DNA of 63,511 bases, the filler included, from Octopus bimaculoides (lineage: Eukaryota), in the NCBI RefSeq assembly GCF_001194135.2. It is 7 parts of 5 records of this genome, joined end to end, with 100 filler letters (N's around TTAATTAATTAA, not from the genome) between each part and the next. Parts side by side here need not be neighbours in the genome. Positions count along the whole stretch, not along the records: positions 18,305 to 41,562 come from NC_068987.1; 6 more parts are not named here. One strand, written 5' to 3'. Below the pieces are notes generated by a model. The model was not told where the DNA came from, made no database searches, and worked only from the letters and a program-made list of their open reading frames with translations. Below are positions 23,404 through 37,218 of this stretch, piece by piece; position 1 is the first letter of the stretch; the number at the start of each line of letters is the position of its first letter. Position numbers and translations under genes: made by a program.

Positions 23404-24631
23404 GTTAGGGATAAAATCCAAAATTACAGGTAATAACTCAATTAAAATCAATTTATTAAAAATAAATTAAGTTTCACACACATATATATTTATATACATA
23501 TGTGTATGTATGTGTGTGTGTGAAGAAAGGTACTCACGGTTCCAAGTGATGGTGTTAAAACGGGCAGTAGTTTAAGTCTAGTAGACTTGGTGGGATTTGA
23601 ACTCAAACCGCAAAGACCCGGACAAATTAAAACTTGAACTCATACAATACTGCACGGCATTTTTGTCCGAAGCTTCCTAACGATGCTCCAAAGGCACCGT
23701 CAGTGACCCCTCGTAAAATTCGAAAAAGTATTGCTGTCTTCGGGTATTTGATCATTTAAAAAAAATAACTTTCTCTTATTTGGTGCACGATATCCAGTTC
23801 AAGTTAGGAAGGTCATCTCGTCTAGATTGTAATTAATTTCCTCTTTAATTTTAATGAAATATCTCTCTTCCAAATATACCTAATTAATAAGTTACCTGTT
23901 AAATCACGCTGAAGATTACTCAAAAAGAATGAAATAATATTATACATGAATACATGATTAACACTAACTAGAAATTCTAAAAGGTTTGTAAATAATGAAA
24001 AAATAAATTGAACATGTGAACCCTATCCATTGTTTTCCTTGTATGCCTTAATTTCAAACTCAGATTACTAATCACGCTTCGTCTTGTGAGGAGATAGTTA
24101 TCTCCCTTGTATTAACGGTCGTAGCCAGAGGGCACCCCGTGTGTTTGAATTTAGAATATTGTATTTCAGGTTAATTTTCCGTACCTGTCGCATCACATCG
24201 TTCATAATCACTCGTAAAGTTCTAAAGCGATTTTGATATTCATCGGTTCATTCAACCGTGGCTTGAACTTTTGATGAGTTCCAATCACCATAACCGAGTG
24301 CAGCTTTTGTGACGTATTACAGGCTTTGCTGATGACACTATTATTGTCTGTCTGTATGTCGCTATTGTTGTAGATGCCTTTAACTATTGCAGCACTGTGT
24401 GTATCGTTATTGGGTTTACTAGTCATATCAATATTGTTTGTCTCCGTCGAATGGAGGGATTCATTAATATGGATTAATTTACATTCAACAGCACATTTCC
24501 TCGCTACGTTAATGGGTTTTGAGGTTTTAATCGAAATTATCGATGTCTGATGTTCCAAGGATATTGCCGTTCGTAGTGTTGGTGTTATAGTTGTTGATGT
24601 TGTTGTTGGTGGAGGTGGTGGTACTGTTTAC

Positions 24632-24845
24632 ATTTATTTCTTTATTGCCCACAGGGAGGCGAAACATAGAGAGGACAAACAAGGGCAAATGCATTGAGTC
24701 GATTACATCCACCCCAGTGCGAAACTGGTACTTATTTAATCGACCCCGAAAGGATGAAAGGCAAAGTCGACCTCAGCAGGATTCGAACTCAGAACGTAAG
24801 CATTTCGTCCGGCGTGCTAACGCTTCTACCAGTTTGCCACCTTCG
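24632..24845 (-). mobile_element. SINE family A
   Basis: Family A body. Confidence 0.88.
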
Positions 24846-25284
24846 GTACTCTTTATATTGCCATGCGTTTTGTTCCTGCTATTGGTACTATTATTGTTGA
24901 GCTTCTATCAGGACTGATTGAGCAAGCCCACAACCAAAATCATTTTTTATGGTGGCGAGGGTGGGGGGGGGCGTTATAACCAGAATGACGCTCTCCAACA
25001 AGTTCTTTCTCCTTCTTTTGATGTTTCTGGCAGACAGAACGGTGCGCTGAGAAGGGATTTCTATATTATTTTTAGTATTACGAGCTGGGAGCGCTAAGCA
25101 GTGATGTGTATAAATACAATGTTATTATCTATTCAAATACGCCTGTGGCAGGTTCGAACTCGTAAACATGCCATTTACTGTGACTTGTCATGGAGAATTT
25201 TTCTCGCTGTAGACAAAAGGTGTGTTGTTTGTTCCTTGTCGAGCTATGCTTGACTCATAAGGTGGTCCGGTTTCTGTAACTGAA

Positions 25285-25470
25285 GAGATAAACACTTCGA
25301 TTCCTGAACCGGGCCATGCGTTGTGTTCTTGAGCAAAGCACTTCATTTCAGGTTGTTCCAGTCCATTCAGCTGGCATAAAGGAGTAATCCTGCGACGGAC
25401 CGGTGTCCCGTCCAGGTGGGACGCCATGAAACCGGGAAACCGGCCCTTGTGAGTCAGTATAACTTCAGAA
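25285..25470 (+). mobile_element. SINE family B
   Basis: TTCGATTCCTGAACCGGGCCATGCGTTGTGTTCTTGAGCAAAGCACTTCATTTC. Confidence 0.8.
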
Positions 25471-25499
25471 GGAAACTTTAGCTTTCACTCTAATTTTTT

Positions 25500-26080
25500 T
25501 CCAGGATTCGTTTCTCTACTCTTCTCTCTTTTTCCTAAACATCAATGACAAATATATTACTACATTCAACAACTTTCCCTTTTATGCAGATGATATGACC
25601 TCTACCCATGCATCAAAAACACACAACCAAGACACTACCATGATAGTCTTGTCTTTTTTACGGCAGAAAAAATAGAACATTCAGGCATTACTCATACCAA
25701 GAAAACACCACTCAGTGCTCCACCATTAAACATAATAAGCACTCGATCTTCAGTTTTGCTGACGTTCCAAATACTGGCCAACTTCACTGGAGATCTCTCT
25801 GAGCGAAACCACATTCTAAACGTTACTAACATCGCATCCCAAAGACTAGCTCTTTCCTTCAGAGCCAGAAGCTCTTTTAAACCAACAGGAGCTCCTGTCA
25901 ATATACAAGGCTCAATTAAGTCCTAGGTCCAACGAGGAATACTGCGCGCACACATGGGACGGTGCTGCCGCAGCACTTCGTAACATCATGGATAGCATCT
26001 AGATAAGTGTCAGGGATGCTGACAGGCGTTCAAGTACTAACGGATGCAGTCCTACTTCTGATCCGTTGGCGTGCTGTCAT
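25500..26080 (+). mobile_element. CR1-group LINE reverse transcriptase relic
   Basis: YADDMT motif and YKAQ...EYCAHTWDGAA; frameshifted. Confidence 0.7.
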
Positions 26081-26419
26081 TTAACTTTTTGCTTTTAGCT
26101 TTTTATCTTTTTTGTTATCGCTATTATAATAGCATCTGTTTCTCAGATTTCGGTGAAGTTGTGCTTCAACCATTCAAGCAACCTACGGCATATACGTCTT
26201 CACACAAGAATTACTGTGCCAAATCCTTCGTTCCTAGAATATCACCCCACCGCCTCAGTGAAATTTGTTTTACCTGCAGCGTTTTAACTGAGCTAATTAT
26301 CAACACCAATCTCAATAATGGTAATATATGTGTAGGGGAGTGGATGTGTCTGCGTGGGTATGGGTGTGTAAGCCTGCGCGTGCACGTGTTTACATTTATT
26401 TGTTTCAATCATTGCACGG

Positions 26420-26580
26420 TGACAATATGCCACCGCCTTGAAGGGTTTTAGCCCCACAAATCGACCGCAGTACTTATTTCTTAATTCTTACGTATTCTGT
26501 CAATCACCCTTCTGCCCAACCGCTAAGTTACAAAAATATAGACAAGACAACACTTTTTATGAAGCAATGGAGTCAGGAAC
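26420..26580 (+). mobile_element. Repeat family D (degenerate)
   Basis: CCACCGCCTTGAAGGG...GTACTTATTTC...CCGCTAAGTTAC. Confidence 0.6.
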
Positions 26581-26624
26581 AAACACAAACTCACATACAT
26601 TCACACATATGCAGACTCAAAGAC

Positions 26625-26820
26625 TGCGAGCTGGCAGAGTGGTTAGCACGCCGCCTGGCGAATTGCTTATCCGTATTTCGTTTGCCGTTACGTTCTGAGT
26701 TCAAATTCTTTGCCTTTCATCCTTTCGAGATCGATAAATTAAATACCAGTTGCGTACTGGAGTCGATCTAATCAATTGGCCCTCTCCCCCAAAATTTAGG
26801 ACCTTGTGCCGAGAATAGAA
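26625..26820 (+). mobile_element. SINE family A
   Basis: GCGAGCTGGCAGAGTGGTTAGCACGCC...GAGTTCAAATTC. Confidence 0.88.
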
Positions 26821-26831
26821 AAGCTTATATG

Positions 26832-26865
<34 letters not shown>

Positions 26866-27568
26866 NNNNNNNNNNNNNNNNNNNNNNNNNNNNNNNNNNN
26901 NNNNNNNNNNNNNNNNNNNNNNNNNNNNNNNNNNNNNNNNNNNNNNNNNNNNNNNNNNNNNNNNNNNNNNNNNNNNNNNNNNNNNNNNNNNNNNNNNNNN
27001 NNNNNNNNNNNNNNNNNNNNNNNNNNNNNNNNNNNNNNNNNNNNNNNNNNNNNNNNNNNNNNNNNNNNNNNNNNNNNNNNNNNNNNNNNNNNNNNNNNNN
27101 NNNNNNNNNNNNNNNNNNNNNNNNNNNNNNNNNNNNNNNNNNNNNNNNNNNNNNNNNNNNNNNNNNNNNNNNNNNNNNNNNNNNNNNNNNNNNNNNNNNN
27201 NNNNNNNNNNNNNNNNNNNNNNNNNNNNNNNNNNNNNNNNNNNNNNNNNNNNNNNNNNNNNNNNNNNNNNNNNNNNNNNNNNNNNNNNNNNNNNNNNNNN
27301 NNNNNNNNNNNNNNNNNNNNNNNNNNNNNNNNNNNNNNNNNNNNNNNNNNNNNNNNNNNNNNNNNNNNNNNNNNNNNNNNNNNNNNNNNNNNNNNNNNNN
27401 NNNNNNNNNNNNNNNNNNNNNNNNNNNNNNNNNNNNNNNNNNNNNNNNNNNNNNNNNNNNNNNNNNNNNNNNNNNNNNNNNNNNNNNNNNNNNNNNNNNN
27501 NNNNNNNNNNNNNNNNNNNNNNNNNNNNNNNNNNNNNNNNNNNNNNNNNNNNNNNNNNNNNNNNNNNN

Positions 27569-27830
27569 ATATTGGGTTGGTGCATAATTATTGCGGGGTT
27601 TTTTTCAACAAAATTTGTACAACAAAAACAATAACAATATTTAACAAAACCATCTTTAAATGACGGTCTGACCGTCTGCCAAACAAATGGGAAGCAGTAA
27701 TTGAAGTAGATAGTGAACATGCTCCGGAATAATCATTTAAAGATGGTTTTGTTACATGTTGGTATAGTCTTTCTTGAATAAAAATTTGCTGAAAAGAAAA
27801 AAGCCGCAATAATTATGCACATAATTATAT
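27569..27830 (+). mobile_element. Internally deleted mariner (MITE)
   Basis: TIR core GTGCATAATTATTGCGG at both ends; internal LPNKWEAVIEVDSEHAPE* resembles a transposase C-terminus. Confidence 0.7.
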
Positions 27831-28259
27831 ATATATATATATACACACACACACATACACATGTATATGCATGAAAATATGTGTTTGGGTGTGTAGTTAT
27901 GGTAATATCGTTTGCTTAATTGTTAATTTAAAAGTCGATATAACTTGAAATAGTCCATGACGGATGTTGAAAGTTTCAGCAGATTCTAACTGTAATTAAA
28001 TTTAAGGTTACGGCACAACATGAAAGATCTTCTCTTTAAAGATTATTTCTGCAGATGTACCTAAGCTTACGTATAATGGGTAAGAATGCAGCAAAAACCA
28101 TGCAAAGAATAGATACAAGCAATTAGTGCCCAGACCTCACCGGATGCCTAAGAACTCGACATCGAACGAAACCTATTTAGGAAGAATTACTATACTCTCG
28201 CTTGCCTGATTTTCCTCATTTTCCCTTTTTTTTTTCTTCTGCTCAATTCATATATTTTT

Positions 28260-28490
28260 ATGCTTACTTCTTTTCTTTTGCTCGTTTCAGGCATTAGACT
28301 GAGGCCATGCTGGAGCACCGCTTTGAAGGGGTTCAATCGAACAAATCAAACCAAAATATTTTTTGGCTTTATTTTTTACGCTTGGTACTTATCCTATCGG
28401 TCTCTTGTCGAACTGCTCATTTACGTAGACGTAAACAAACCAACACCGGTCGTCAAGCGGTGGTAGGAGGACAACACAAACACACATATA
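28260..28490 (+). mobile_element. Repeat family D
   Basis: GGCCATGCTGGAGCACCGC...GTACTTATCCTATCGGTCTCTTGTCG...GTCAAGCGGTGG. Confidence 0.75.
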
Positions 28491-29845
28491 TACATGTGAA
28501 AAATTATACGTACTCTTGTTTTTCATTGTATTTACACAAAAGCAGGGGATAAACAAGTACGTCATTTTTCTATAAAGTCTCTTTCCTTTTCGATGCACTT
28601 GGTCCAGCGGTCCTCAAGTTTGCGTATTTCCTCCAAGAAGAAGATTTCCGGTTGGTCGTGCAACCATTTATGCACCGCTTCTTTCACATCATTCGTAGAA
28701 AATCGACGACCTCGTAAACCATCTTTGAGCGGTCCAAAGATATGATAGTCGGAATGGGCAAGATAAGGGCTCTTAGCAGGGTATTCCACCTCAAAACCCA
28801 ATTGGTTAATTGTTTCAACGGTCTAGGCGACCGTGTGTAGACATGCATTGTCATGCAACAACAAAACTTTCTTCGACAATAGACTTCGGCGTTTGGNNNN
28901 NNNNNNTGTGTAGACGTGCATTGTCATGCAACAACAAAACTTTCTTCGACAATAGACTTCGGCGTTTGGTGCGAATTGCTGGCTTCAGTTTGTTGGCCAG
29001 CAAAGCACTGTACCTTGCACTGTTGATCGTACACCTCTTTTCCAGGTAGTCTTCCAGCATAGGCCCTTTTGAGTCCCAAAAAAGGGTTAGTGTCACCTTT
29101 CCCACGGAAGACTGTGTCTTGAATTTTTTCGTCGCGGACGAGCCAGGATGTTTCCACTCCATACTCCGTCTTTTGGATTCTGCCTCATATTGATGGATCC
29201 ACGTTTCGTCTCCTGTAATTATTCGGCTCAAAAATTCCTCACCCTCATCGTTGTAACAATCAAGTAAATGTTGGCAGACCTCAAGACGCTTTCGTTTGTG
29301 CTCTGCAGTAAGCTCTCTTGGCATCCATCTTGCACAGACTTTATAGAAGCTGGGCTTATCGTGGATCATTTGAAAGGCAGAACCATGACTAATCTGTTAA
29401 GAACGAGCTACCTCATCGATTATAACTCCCCGATTTCCCAATAACATCTCTCGAGCTTGCTGAATCTTCTCGTCAGTGGTGGAGGTTGACAAGCATCCTG
29501 CTCCCTTTTCGTGCGTCACGCTTGTCTGGCCACTTTTAAACCCCTCCATCCACGCCTACACACCTCTACGCGGTAGTGTACTGTCCCCGTAATGGTGCTA
29601 AATGCCTCCGATGGATTTCAGCACTTGATACACCTTCCGACCAGAGTAATCGGATCACTACCCTTTCTTCTCCTTTGATGCTTACACGGTAAAGCCAGAA
29701 AGAAAAATGATGTGATTAGGCTCAAACTTCGATTACGTCACCATAATAGTACCAAATATATGCACGCATGCGCAGAGGGCAGTGCGACAATAATAAAGAT
29801 ATGTTATGGCGAAAGTGTAGATAATTTTTGATTTCTCTTCATTTA
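28490..29845 (-). mobile_element. Mariner (DD34D) transposon, defective
   Basis: ORFs 28851-29369 (CARWMPRELT...ITGDETW...LLHDNAR) and 28562-28801 (SPYLAHSDYHIFGPLK...RWTKCI); frameshifts; degenerate TIRs. Confidence 0.92.
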
Positions 29846-29915
29846 TATATAATATTCGACGGGCATCGGACACACAAGGCGAGCACATACACACACATGC
29901 ATCATACATATAATG

Positions 29916-30060
29916 AAGGCGCATAGCTTAGTGGTTATGGTGTTGCACTCATGATTGCGAGATCGTGGGTTCGATTCCCAGATCGGGCGTTGCGTTGTGT
30001 TCTTGAGCAAGGCACTTTATTTCATGTTGCTCTGACACATAGCACCCGTTGCACCTATCA
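29916..30060 (+). mobile_element. SINE family B
   Basis: GGCGCATAGCTTAGTGGTTA...GGGTTCGATTCCC tRNA-like head followed by TTGTGTTCTTGAGCAAGGCAC. Confidence 0.85.
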
Positions 30061-31489
30061 GGTAATGTCGATCTCATTAAGGGAATGAGATTATGTCTAC
30101 ACAGGCATTTGATCACTATAAACAAATCATCTGTCTGTGGTTGTTCGGTAAGAAATTGTCGAACCCTCATATGTCGTCTAACGACGGGTGAGTCCGTCAG
30201 ATATATAATCCTTCTTTTCGTATACATTCGCTGCTTTCTTCCAAGGAATCTAATGCTCTGAGCTTAGTTTTTCTTTGGGGCTGGCCAGATTGGAGCAATA
30301 TCGAGAATAACCAGCCGAAATTGCAAAGATAATCTGGATCTGGACTGAAGAAAGAAAACTCCGTTGTTTTGCGTTCTTGTGCCATTCTGTATTGCTTATA
30401 TATNNNNNNNNNNNNNNNNNNNNNNNNNNNNNNNNNNNNNNNNNNNNNNNNNNNNNNNNNNNNNNNNNNNNNNNNNNNNNNNNNNNNNNNNNNNNNNNNN
30501 NNNNNNNNNNNNNNNNNNNNNNNNNNNNNNNNNNNNNNNNNNNNNNNNNNNNNNNNNNNNNNNNNNNNNNNNNNNNNNNNNNNNNNNNNNNNNNNNNNNN
30601 NNNNNNNNNNNNNNNNNNNNNNNNNNNNNNNNNNNNNNNNNNNNNNNNNNNNNNNNNNNNNNNNNNNNNNNNNNNNNNNNNNNNNNNNNNNNNNNNNNNN
30701 NNNNNNNNNNNNNNNNNNNNNNNNNNNNNNNNNNNNNNNNNNNNNNNNNNNNNNNNNNNNNNNNNNNNNNNNNNNNNNNNNNNNNNNNNNNNNNNNNNNN
30801 NNNNNNNNNNNNNNNNNNNNNNNNNNNNNNNNNNNNNNNNNNNNNNNNNNNNNNNNNNNNNNNNNNNNNNNNNNNNNNNNNNNNNNNNNNNNNNNNNNNN
30901 NNNNNNNNNNNNNNNNNNNNNNNNNNNTGTGTGTGTGTGTGTGTGTGTGTTTGCGTATTTATATACATATCTATATATCTACGTTCGTATATATGTATTT
31001 ATTCATATATTCATATATGTACATGTATATGGAAGAAAAACTTACTGCTCACATATTTGTTACATTCAAGACGTGACCGCTTTCATTAAATCTTTTCTTC
31101 TCTTTCTTTTTTGTTTGCTTCCTTTTTCTTATTTCCTTATTATTTTGTTTGTCCTTAATGTTTTGTTTGATGTAATCACGTTGCTAATCCCATTAAAATT
31201 TCAATACTTTCTCGACCTCATTTTCTGAACAAACACAATCAATAATGATGATGCGTTGTCGCCATGTTTTTGTAATAAGGTACAAAGGATCATGGGATTG
31301 ATGTCGCTAAAGGACCACGTTTCTAAATATTAATAAAAGATATTATTAAACTTGAAGGGAGTCGTGTCTTCAATCAAATATTTCTGATGTCTCTTTCACT
31401 CTTTCTTTCCCTCCATCTTTTCTCTCTCTCCCTCGCTCTCTCCTATCTTTCTCTCTCTTCTCTCTCTTTCATACCTCTATCTTATTCTT

Positions 31490-31772
31490 TATACATACAA
31501 ACATGCATACGCGCACGCACACACACGCACATCGATACATGCATTCATACATCTATACATACATCTGTACATACATCTGTACATACATCTATACATACAC
31601 ACACAAATACATACATTGTATATATACATACCAATACACGTATTTGTATGCATATTTATACTATTTATTGAAATTTCGATAACAACTCCAGCAAAACTGT
31701 TTTGATACACTAAATCATATTTACATATTTGATATACATAGTATATACGTGCGCTTGTGTGTGTATATATAT

Positions 31773-31855
<83 letters not shown>

Positions 31856-32244
31856 NNNNNNNNNNNNNNNNNNNNNNNNNNNNNNNNNNNNNNNNNNNNN
31901 NNNNNNNNNNNNNNNNNNNNNNNNNNNNNNNNNNNNNNNNNNNNNNNNNNNNNNNNNNNNNNNNNNNNNNNNNNNNNNNNNNNNNNNNNNNNNNNNNNNN
32001 NNNNNNNNNNNNNNNNNNNNNNNNNNNNNNNNNNNNNNNNNNNNNNNNNNNNNNNNNNNNNNNNNNNNNNNNNNNNNNNNNNNNNNNNNNNNNNNNNNNN
32101 NNNNNNNNNNNNNNNNNNNNNNNNNNNNNNNNNNNNNNNNNNNNNNNNNNNNNNNNNNNNNNNNNNNNNNNNNNNNNNNNNNNNNNNNNNNNNNNNNNNN
32201 NNNNNNNNNNNNNNNNNNNNNNNNNNNNATATATATATATATAT

Positions 32245-32299
<55 letters not shown>

Positions 32300-33256
32300 T
32301 ACACACACATATATATATATATACATCAACACACACACACATGAGGATTTAAATACGTATACATTTATATATATACATATAGATGCATATCTACGCATAT
32401 ATGTATACAAGTATACACAGACATGCATATAGACGTCTATACATACATACATACGTACATACATACATACATACATACATACATGCATACATGCATACAT
32501 GCAAGATGCATACATACATGCGCACATACATACATACGTACATACATACATACATACATACATACATACATGCGTAGGGAATAAGCCCAACAGAGATCGT
32601 TGAAGACCATAGATGAAATAAGAACTCAATAGCGAATGATGTAGAGTGTATATTTTATTATTAGAAAGAAACTTACGATATCTAATGTACATATATATTT
32701 ATATGACACTTGCTTGCTCAATCTGTCTCTCGTTGTCTCTGTCTTTTTCCCTCTTCCCCTCTCCCTCTTTCACTTCCTCTCCTTATGTATGTGTGTGTGT
32801 GTGTCTATGTGTTTGCTTTGTGTATGTATGTATGTATATCTGTATGTTTATTTGTCAGTGTATGTGTATTTGTATGCGTTGATGTGCGTTTGTGTGTGTG
32901 TATATATGTGTGTGTGTGTGTGCGTATGTGTGCAAGCACGGACTCATGTGTACATGGTGCATATGTGTATGTGTGTGTGTGCGTGTGTGTGTAATATATG
33001 CAGATTTAAAGAGCTATACATTCATCATATGGCTTACCCGCTGGCTCAGAGCAAACATGATGGCTTTTGGCTGACATATAAACATGTGTAATGAATCTGT
33101 GACTTTTAAAATTCCCCATATGCGTGTGTATGTGTGTGTGTGTGTGTGTGTGTATGTGTGTATGTGTGTGTGTGTGCGTTTGTGTGTGTGCTACTGCGTG
33201 TGTACATGTATATTCCCGTATATTCATGCATATATATACACATACATATACACACA

Positions 33257-33324
<68 letters not shown>

Positions 33325-33370
33325 CATACACACATACACCTATGTGTGTGCGTGTGTGTACAGTCGCATA
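31490..33370. repeat. Compound (CA)n/(TA)n/(CATA)n/(GATA)n microsatellite field with gaps
   Basis: Direct reading; the source of many spurious ORFs. Confidence 0.9.
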
Positions 33371-33929
33371 CATACTAAACACACAAAAACTTATATATAC
33401 AAATTTATACATGCTTTGCTAGATGTTTGTACTGTCTATTCTTACTGAAAGTGAAATATCATTCTTGAATTCGGTAAACAGATAAAGAAACTCACCATGC
33501 AACGTTGTGCTTACGATTTCAATCCTGTTGAGCATCAAGTGTCTTCATCCAAAGCCTAAGGCATGTCAGTAATACTTGGTGGACAGAAATTACTGGGAAG
33601 CAATCCTGCTCCTTTTCATTTGTGATATACTTAATACACCTCGAAAAGCAACTCCTCTACACCATCCTTGTATGTAGGGGAATTCATACAGCTCCATGCA
33701 TTTAGACAACGTCTGCAGACTGAGGATAATATCTTCCTATCAATTTCAGAGGGCCTGAGGAGGGCCATGCCCTTTTCATCTGAAAGAGGTAGAAAAACTC
33801 CCAAGCGTCCAATGGTTAATGGAATACTTTTACAAATTGTTTTCTATAAGATATGCTTCAGAGTGATTGTGGCACCCTGATTCTATATACGCTTAAAAGA
33901 AGGAAATGAGTTAAAAGATATATATATAA

Positions 33930-33965
<36 letters not shown>

Positions 33966-34527
33966 CACACCAATAGCAGTGTTCAGTAAGATCCATGATG
34001 GTAGAATCTAAGAAGAATAAAGTTTTATGTTAATCCGGGAGAAGTAGTAAAGCAGTTCAGGAGAGTAAGCAATAATCTGAGAAGTTGGTAGAAAGACGTG
34101 AATTGTCCAAGAGAGGAATAGGGTCAGTTAGGATTAAATCAGGGTGACCGCGTGAGCACATAGCATCTGCACAAAACTGCACAAAAAAAATTTCAAAAGA
34201 GCGAGACAGGTAAGGGAAAAACATACTTGGAGTATTAGTTTGACACTCAGGCAAAAATGGAAGAGGTGTTTAATGTTTCGAGCCTACGCTCTTCTAGAGA
34301 ACTACAGAAACGAACGAGGAGAGAAAACATATGGAGTGAGAAAGAGAAAGAGAAAGAGAAACAAAGAAAAAACATGGAGAGAAAATAACGTTTCCCCTAA
34401 TTGAAAACTTGTCAAGATATTAAGATATTTTCTTAACATAAAAAATGCGGTGCTCAACACCCATTGCTGAACGCAACATTTACGTGTGTGCGTGTGTGCG
34501 TGTGTGCGTGCGTGTGTGTGTGTGTGT

Positions 34528-34560
<33 letters not shown>

Positions 34561-34769
34561 TGTGTGTGTGTAGATTGGTAGATAGATAGATATTATCATT
34601 AATAATAATAATAAATAACAACAATAATATAAGTGGCCAGCATGCCTTAAAGCTAACACACACACACACATGTATATATATATGTGTGTGTATGTGTGTG
34701 TGTGTGAGTGTATGTGTGTGAGTGTATGTGTGAGTGTGTATGGGGGTGTACCAGTAAGCCGCGTACATT

Positions 34770-35540
34770 AACATACATTCCAACCACTCAGCAGCAGTAA
34801 TTAAACAAATAGTTAACAGCAATCGCAGGCGCGTCTACAATTCATCCGCCGACAAAGCCACCCCAAACTAAACTGTTGCATTAGAAAGGTCCAACTTTAA
34901 AAATAGTATATACTATATTGAACCAAATGTAAATAGACCAAGAAGACGCAGACAGAGGAAAATTGTATGGTTTAACCCACTTTTTATTATGAACTACTTT
35001 CCACATTCACACAAAGACCACAAGTTCTTCAATGGGGATATTGTTAAAGTAAGCTATAGTTGCCTCCCCAAAATAGGGTCAATAATACTCAATCACAATA
35101 AATATAAACACACCCCGGAAAGACCATGCAACTGTAGATCTTCAAACCACTGCCCTCTAAACAAGAACTATCTTGAGAAAGGTCTTGTATACAAGGTCAA
35201 AATCACGGATCCCAACGGAGTAGCAAAACTGTATATCGGAATGATAGCCAACTCGTTCAATGAAGAATATACACAACACCTGACGTCATTCAGAACAAAA
35301 ATGTTTAAAAGACATGCAACATCCTTGCTATATTTGATATGGACATTGAAAGAAGGTGGAATAAGCAGCCCTTAGATAGAATAGAAAATTATTGCTAAAG
35401 CCAAAAAATAAAGAGGACGGGGTACCAAATGTGAACTCTGTATTACTGAAAAACTAAACATTATACACTCAACAGATAACATCCTAAACAGAGATGAAAC
35501 TTTCTCTCACTGCATACACAAGCAATATTGTGTACTTAGA
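34770..35540 (+). mobile_element. Penelope-like element (Naiad/Chlamys-type) RT thumb and GIY-YIG endonuclease relic
   Basis: One frame with stops: YINIHSNH...RKIVWFNP...KVSYSCLP...CNCRSSNHCPL...VYK...YIG...H..SF...KCELCITEK...LNRDE.FSHCIH. Confidence 0.85.
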
Positions 35541-36043
35541 TACTTCAAAGAAGAGCCACCATCTGCGACGTTATTCCCAACAGGTTTTGCCCCTTTCCGA
35601 GCGCGAAATCTGAACACGCACAGCACACAAACTCCACATGCAGGAAAAATATACCCCAATGACGAACTACCTCAGCACACAAGTATAAGAACATCACACC
35701 CAGAACAAAAACAAGATAATACAAACAAACTGATCACACAGCAGTTTGCCAAATGACAATTCCATGGAAGATAAACATTAAAAAGATGCCATCCAAGAGT
35801 AACGTCCCTTGATTTATTGTTTATCCACGAGAATTCACGAGGATCCCCGCGAACTAAACGAGACTCTGTTTTCCAAAATGGAGGCGAACGCCTTTCTACG
35901 TGTGGTTGGCTTAAAACATTGTTATGACACTAGGATGTATTCCTACTTTTCTTAACGTGAAACCAATGGTAGCCTTAATTTACAAATAAGGAAACTATAT
36001 CCACCAATGCAGTGTTCGGCACTCATTTTCATCGTTCGACATT

Positions 36044-36084
<41 letters not shown>

Positions 36085-36339
36085 TTCAAATTAAGATAGA
36101 CGTAAACAAACAAACAAAGTTTGCTTTTAGAAGCGTTGAGATGTCTTAGAAAGTTAAAGAAGTGATCTTAAATTCCCAAACGCAGGATAATGCTAATAAT
36201 ATAGCCTAAACAGGATAAATAGGGGTAGTTTATCCTGTTCAGGCTAGCAATAATTGGGTACCCTCCCAGCAGTATACTGGATAGATACTATCCCTTAGTG
36301 GGTTAGTGGGTTGAACCCCCAACCCCTAACTCTCTCACG

Positions 36340-36382
<43 letters not shown>

Positions 36383-37182
36383 TATAAGATAAAGATATAA
36401 TCATAAAAATGATTATATCAGTGGCCTAGCACATAAAAATGACCGTATAGGTAACATTAATTTCTTTTTACGTATATAATTATAAAAAAATAAACTGTTT
36501 GCTTCTTTGAGTCTGTTTTATCCTATATGTATGTATGTATTAATGAAATATCATTATGCACTGTTTTAGCCCCACTTCATATTCACTTCTGCACACGACA
36601 TCTTCGGTTTCCCACAAATGTCAGCAATTTTTTTTGTAACCTTTACAAATTCAAAATCTTGGATTTATTCAAGTTAAATATTTCATTTTACGAATATCAG
36701 GAATCAAATCCCTTTAAGAAGTCATTAAGAGAAAACCGATCAGTTTTGCCTTGTTTTGTTTCCCAGCATATGAGAGGACAATTCTCTGCATGACTCTCTC
36801 TCCCTACATAGCAATTATCAACACAGCAAGATTCCATTCCTGCCATGTCTCCAGCAAAACAAAAGACTTTGACGCAAACAAAAAGTGTAGAAAACATGTA
36901 TATATTAACATAATTTGCATAAGTAAAGAGACGATTAGCTCAGGTAAAGAGCTCAGACTCGCTAGAAGCATGAATTTTGTACAGCAAAACAGCAATGTAT
37001 ACATGTGTGCCGGAAAACTTTCTAATTATTGCTCAAGAAAATGCTTCAAAATTATGGTTGGTGTGTGAGAGAGAGGCAGACTGTATTTCAGAAACGAGGA
37101 TTATTTCATACAAAACACATACAAACAGATATGGTAAATGCTTTATTATTCTAAGGCTGTGCTTCCAAAGATATATACTCAT

Positions 37183-37218
<36 letters not shown>

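Noticed and set aside
33490-33775. Minus-strand segment with good acceptor and donor
   Set aside because: All three frames contain stops; non-coding or TE-derived.
36751-37068. Cys-containing ORF as a piggyBac C-terminal domain or an exon
   Set aside because: The resemblance is too loose; no catalytic domain or TTAA-bounded TIRs were identified.
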